Assembly: GCA_010909165.1 (NCBI GenBank)
Contig: MU008186.1
Location: forward strand, 496,001-560,000
From: Anthoceros angustus
Taxonomy: Eukaryota > Plantae > Anthocerotophyta
Direction: 5' to 3'
Length of the DNA stretch: 64,000 bases
The translations under genes were made by a program, and so were the position numbers. Under the pieces are notes generated by a model. That model ran no database searches and had not been told where the DNA came from. It worked only from the letters and a program-made list of their open reading frames with translations. Shown one piece after another: positions 61,200-64,000 of this stretch. The stretch's first letter is position 1, and each line of letters starts with the position of its first letter.

Positions 61200-63090
61200 A
61201 CAGTGGCCTTTACAATGCCTGGAGAAGAGGCCTTCCAGGCAGAAGATACTGGAACCTAGGCTATGGTTGAACTGCATACGGAAGCCAGCTCCGGTGACGG
61301 TGAATTCTCGGCTGTAGACTGGGATGAGTACGTCTCCGTGGACTGCCAACGAGAGGTACTGTGCTGTTCTGAATGTTGTTCCAAAACCTGCCACAAGTGC
61401 TGGGATTTATGTGAGAAGGAGAATCAGTGCAATAGTAGTGAGTTTGGAATTCTGCTGTTGCTGGAGACCTGTTAGCTCTAGGGACTCATGGGAGGTGGAG
61501 AGTTTATGCAAGAAGGGACGGGTAGATGAGGCACTGGGTATTCTGAAGCAAGTGGATGCGTTTTTCAACGGTTGTCTCCACGCGATGCCTTCTCTTGGAC
61601 AGCCATTGTCTCAGGCTATAGTAACGCTGGACAATGTCGGGAGGCTCTCTCATGCTATGAGCAGGTGCAACAGGAAGGTGTTCAGCCCAACAACTACACA
61701 TTTGTCAGCTTACTCAAAGCATGCAGCAGGTTAAAGGACCCGTTGGAGGCCAGACGAATGCATGCGGACGATGCTAACCTTGGGCTTGAGTTAGACGTTT
61801 TGTTGGGAGCACTTTGGTCAGCATGTACGCGAAGTGTGGGGCATGGTGGATGGTGAAAGGGCTTTTGATGCCTTGCCTAAACGGAATCTTGTGCCTTGAA
61901 ATGCCGTAATTGCGGCTTATGCTCAACAGGGCCAAGGAGACAAGGCCTTGCAGATTTTTCGGAAAATGCAAGTGGAGGAAGTGAGGGCAGATGCAGCTGT
62001 TCTTCAAGCATGTGGGACCCTGTCCGAAATGGAGAAAAGCGTACTTGTAGGTGGTCAACTGGTGAAGGAGAAGACGCTGGAGCAGGGCAAGAAGATACAT
62101 ACTGAAGCTATTCAAGGGGTTTTGGATCAAATGTCTTTGTTGCTAACACTTTGGTAAGTATGCATGCAAAGTGTGGGAGCATTGTGGATGCGCAAAGGTG
62201 TTTGATAGTCTGGTAGAGCGCAATGTAGTGTGGTGGAATGCAACGATTGCAGCCTACGCTCAGCAGGACCAAGGAGAAAAGCCTTTGCCTTGCAGATTTT
62301 TGAACAGAGAAGCAAAGGTGAGGCCAGATACTAGGACCTTCGTCAGCGCTCTTTCAAGCATGTGGTGCCATTGCAGAGAATGAGGACAGCGTTATGGTGC
62401 TTGGGCGAAATGTCAAGGTCGTAACCCTGCAAAAGAGGAGCTAATGGGACTGGTTCTGATGGAGATTTCTTCTTTAACAACAGTCTGGTTAGCCTGTATT
62501 CGAAGTGTGGAAGCATCACAGAGGCACGTCAGGTGTTTGATGCATTGTCCCAGCGCACTGTAGTATCATGGAATGCACTAATTGCAGGCTATGCTGCCCA
62601 ACATGAAGGTGGAAACGCCTTAGAGATCTACCGGTAAATGCAGAAGCAAGGCATCAGGCCTGATGCGCGGACGTTTGTAGGCGCTCTCCAAGCATGTGGC
62701 ATGGTTGCAGACCAGGAGAAGAGTTCTCTGGTGGATGGGCAGTTTGTCCAGGTGGAGTCTTTGCTACAGGCAAAGGTGATACATGCTGAGGTTGTGAGCA
62801 TGCATATATGGCCCTTGAAATGGACATGTTTGTGGGTAACACTCTGGTTAGTAAGTATTCAAAGTGTGGGAGCGTCAAGGATGCAGAAGTACAAGAATTT
62901 GACAGATTGTCCAAGCGCAATGAGGTGACGTGGACGCTCATGATTGCAGCTTATTCTCAGCAGGATCAAGGCGACAAGGCTCTACAACTGTACATCCAAA
63001 TGCCAGAAGGCGTGAAGCCACAGGAGTCTACATTTGTTTCTTGTCTTGGAAGCTTGTAGCAATACTGGGGCCTTAGAAATTAAACCTGTG
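61200..63090 (+). pseudogene. PLS-class PPR gene, degenerate (copy 2)
   Basis: Duplicate of 23900-25790 with the same premature stops. Confidence 0.88.
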
Positions 63091-64000
63091 TTCGAGTTCA
63101 CCAGCATGTTATTGAGACTGGAGGCATTATTCCGGACTACTGATCGTTGCCCCACCCTGACGGTCTCTTACCGGAGTGGTCTACATTAGTGCAGCAAGTT
63201 ATCAAGCTGCTGGCGTGCTCGACGCAGGCTCTTCAGACGATATCACAAAAATTGTACAGTGCTGGCACTTGAATTGATCGGTGAGTACCTGCCCCATCTG
63301 GAAGTGGCTTCCACGACCGAATTGGTTAATAGGGTGGGAGAGGCGTAGAGGCGTGGTAGCAGCAGCGGAGTAGTAGGCGTACCTGTCCCTTTGGCAAGGG
63401 CGCTTAGCGTGAAGGCTGTCTAAAAGCAACCTCGTGATGTTTGTTGGCTTGCTTCGTGAGCCGAGGTTGCTGCAACGAAAGACGGAGAACGTAAGTAAGC
63501 ATGCCTAATGTAGGCCTGTAGGAGGAAGAGCCACCCATCTTGGACTGCTACTACATACCTCCAAAGGAGACGTGTATTGGTGGTACCGGGTGGTGTTCCG
63601 GCAGCTGCAGAAAGCGTTGGCCGTGAGGATGAGGCAGTTCTTGGGATTCTCGCGATCGGGTTCGTGGTCACTGCGCCTCCCAAGCCCTGCCTGCCGGGGC
63701 GCCACGGCCAAAGGAGAGCCAGGCCATTAGGCGACCAATCTCTGTACATCTCACAAACGGCGAATTACAAATGATAGCTTAACATGGATAGCTGGATTAC
63801 AGCAATTGTGCCGTTAGGATCGTTGTGAAGATTGGGGTAGCTTAGGTACACATAAGTTCGCATGAATTTGTTAAACACCAAAATCCCAACCACATGGACA
63901 GAGATTAGGCAGCACTATCCACATCCTTGAGCACTCTACGGAAATGAGGCAACTCAATTTTCTTCTGGTCCATACCATCTATCGCAATCCCTATGTACTT

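Larger units (their letters stand above)
56705..64000. repeat. Segmental duplication, copy 2 (runs off the window end)
   Basis: Nearly identical to 19377-26694. Confidence 0.97.

Noticed and set aside
1-64000. tRNA, rRNA, snRNA or telomeric arrays
   Set aside because: No cloverleaf, rRNA or snRNA signatures, or TTTAGGG arrays, were recognised by eye. tRNAscan-SE and Infernal would be needed to exclude them formally.

Overview
Eukaryotic nuclear DNA from a land plant. Short 50-160 nt GT-AG introns, many PLS-class PPR remnants and a TORNADO1-like Roc fragment suggest a non-seed plant such as a hornwort or liverwort; this assignment is inference. Three spliced genes can be reconstructed: a CYP71-clan cytochrome P450 (841-2764, minus, 5 exons, 515 aa), BUD23/WBSCR22 18S rRNA m7G methyltransferase (16717-18463, minus, 9 exons, one probable homopolymer error) and the proteasome maturation factor UMP1/POMP (20986-21572, plus, second copy 58300-58879). 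The rest is mobile DNA and rearranged gene debris: (1) a full Ty1/copia element (5291-11738; 195-bp LTRs, GTCTC TSD, iMet PBS); (2) a 15.8-kb non-chromovirus Ty3/gypsy element (39887-55704) with very long LTRs (4.5 and 5.7 kb) that themselves carry a degenerate accessory ORF; (3) a 5'-truncated RLE-type (CRE-like) non-LTR retrotransposon with a 74-bp flanking duplication; (4) a degenerate DGMDQ-motif (DUF7869-like) transposase; (5) a near-complete but scrambled 5-oxoprolinase (OXP1) pseudogene interrupted by the gypsy element and by a UMP1-bearing cassette; (6) a direct duplication of at least 7.3 kb (19377-26694 vs 56705-64000) and about a dozen local tandem duplications. Indel noise is concentrated in repeated DNA, so many frameshifts, and possibly some duplications, may be long-read assembly artefacts. 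No tRNA, rRNA or CRISPR array was seen. Coordinates of degenerate features are approximate (tens of bp).
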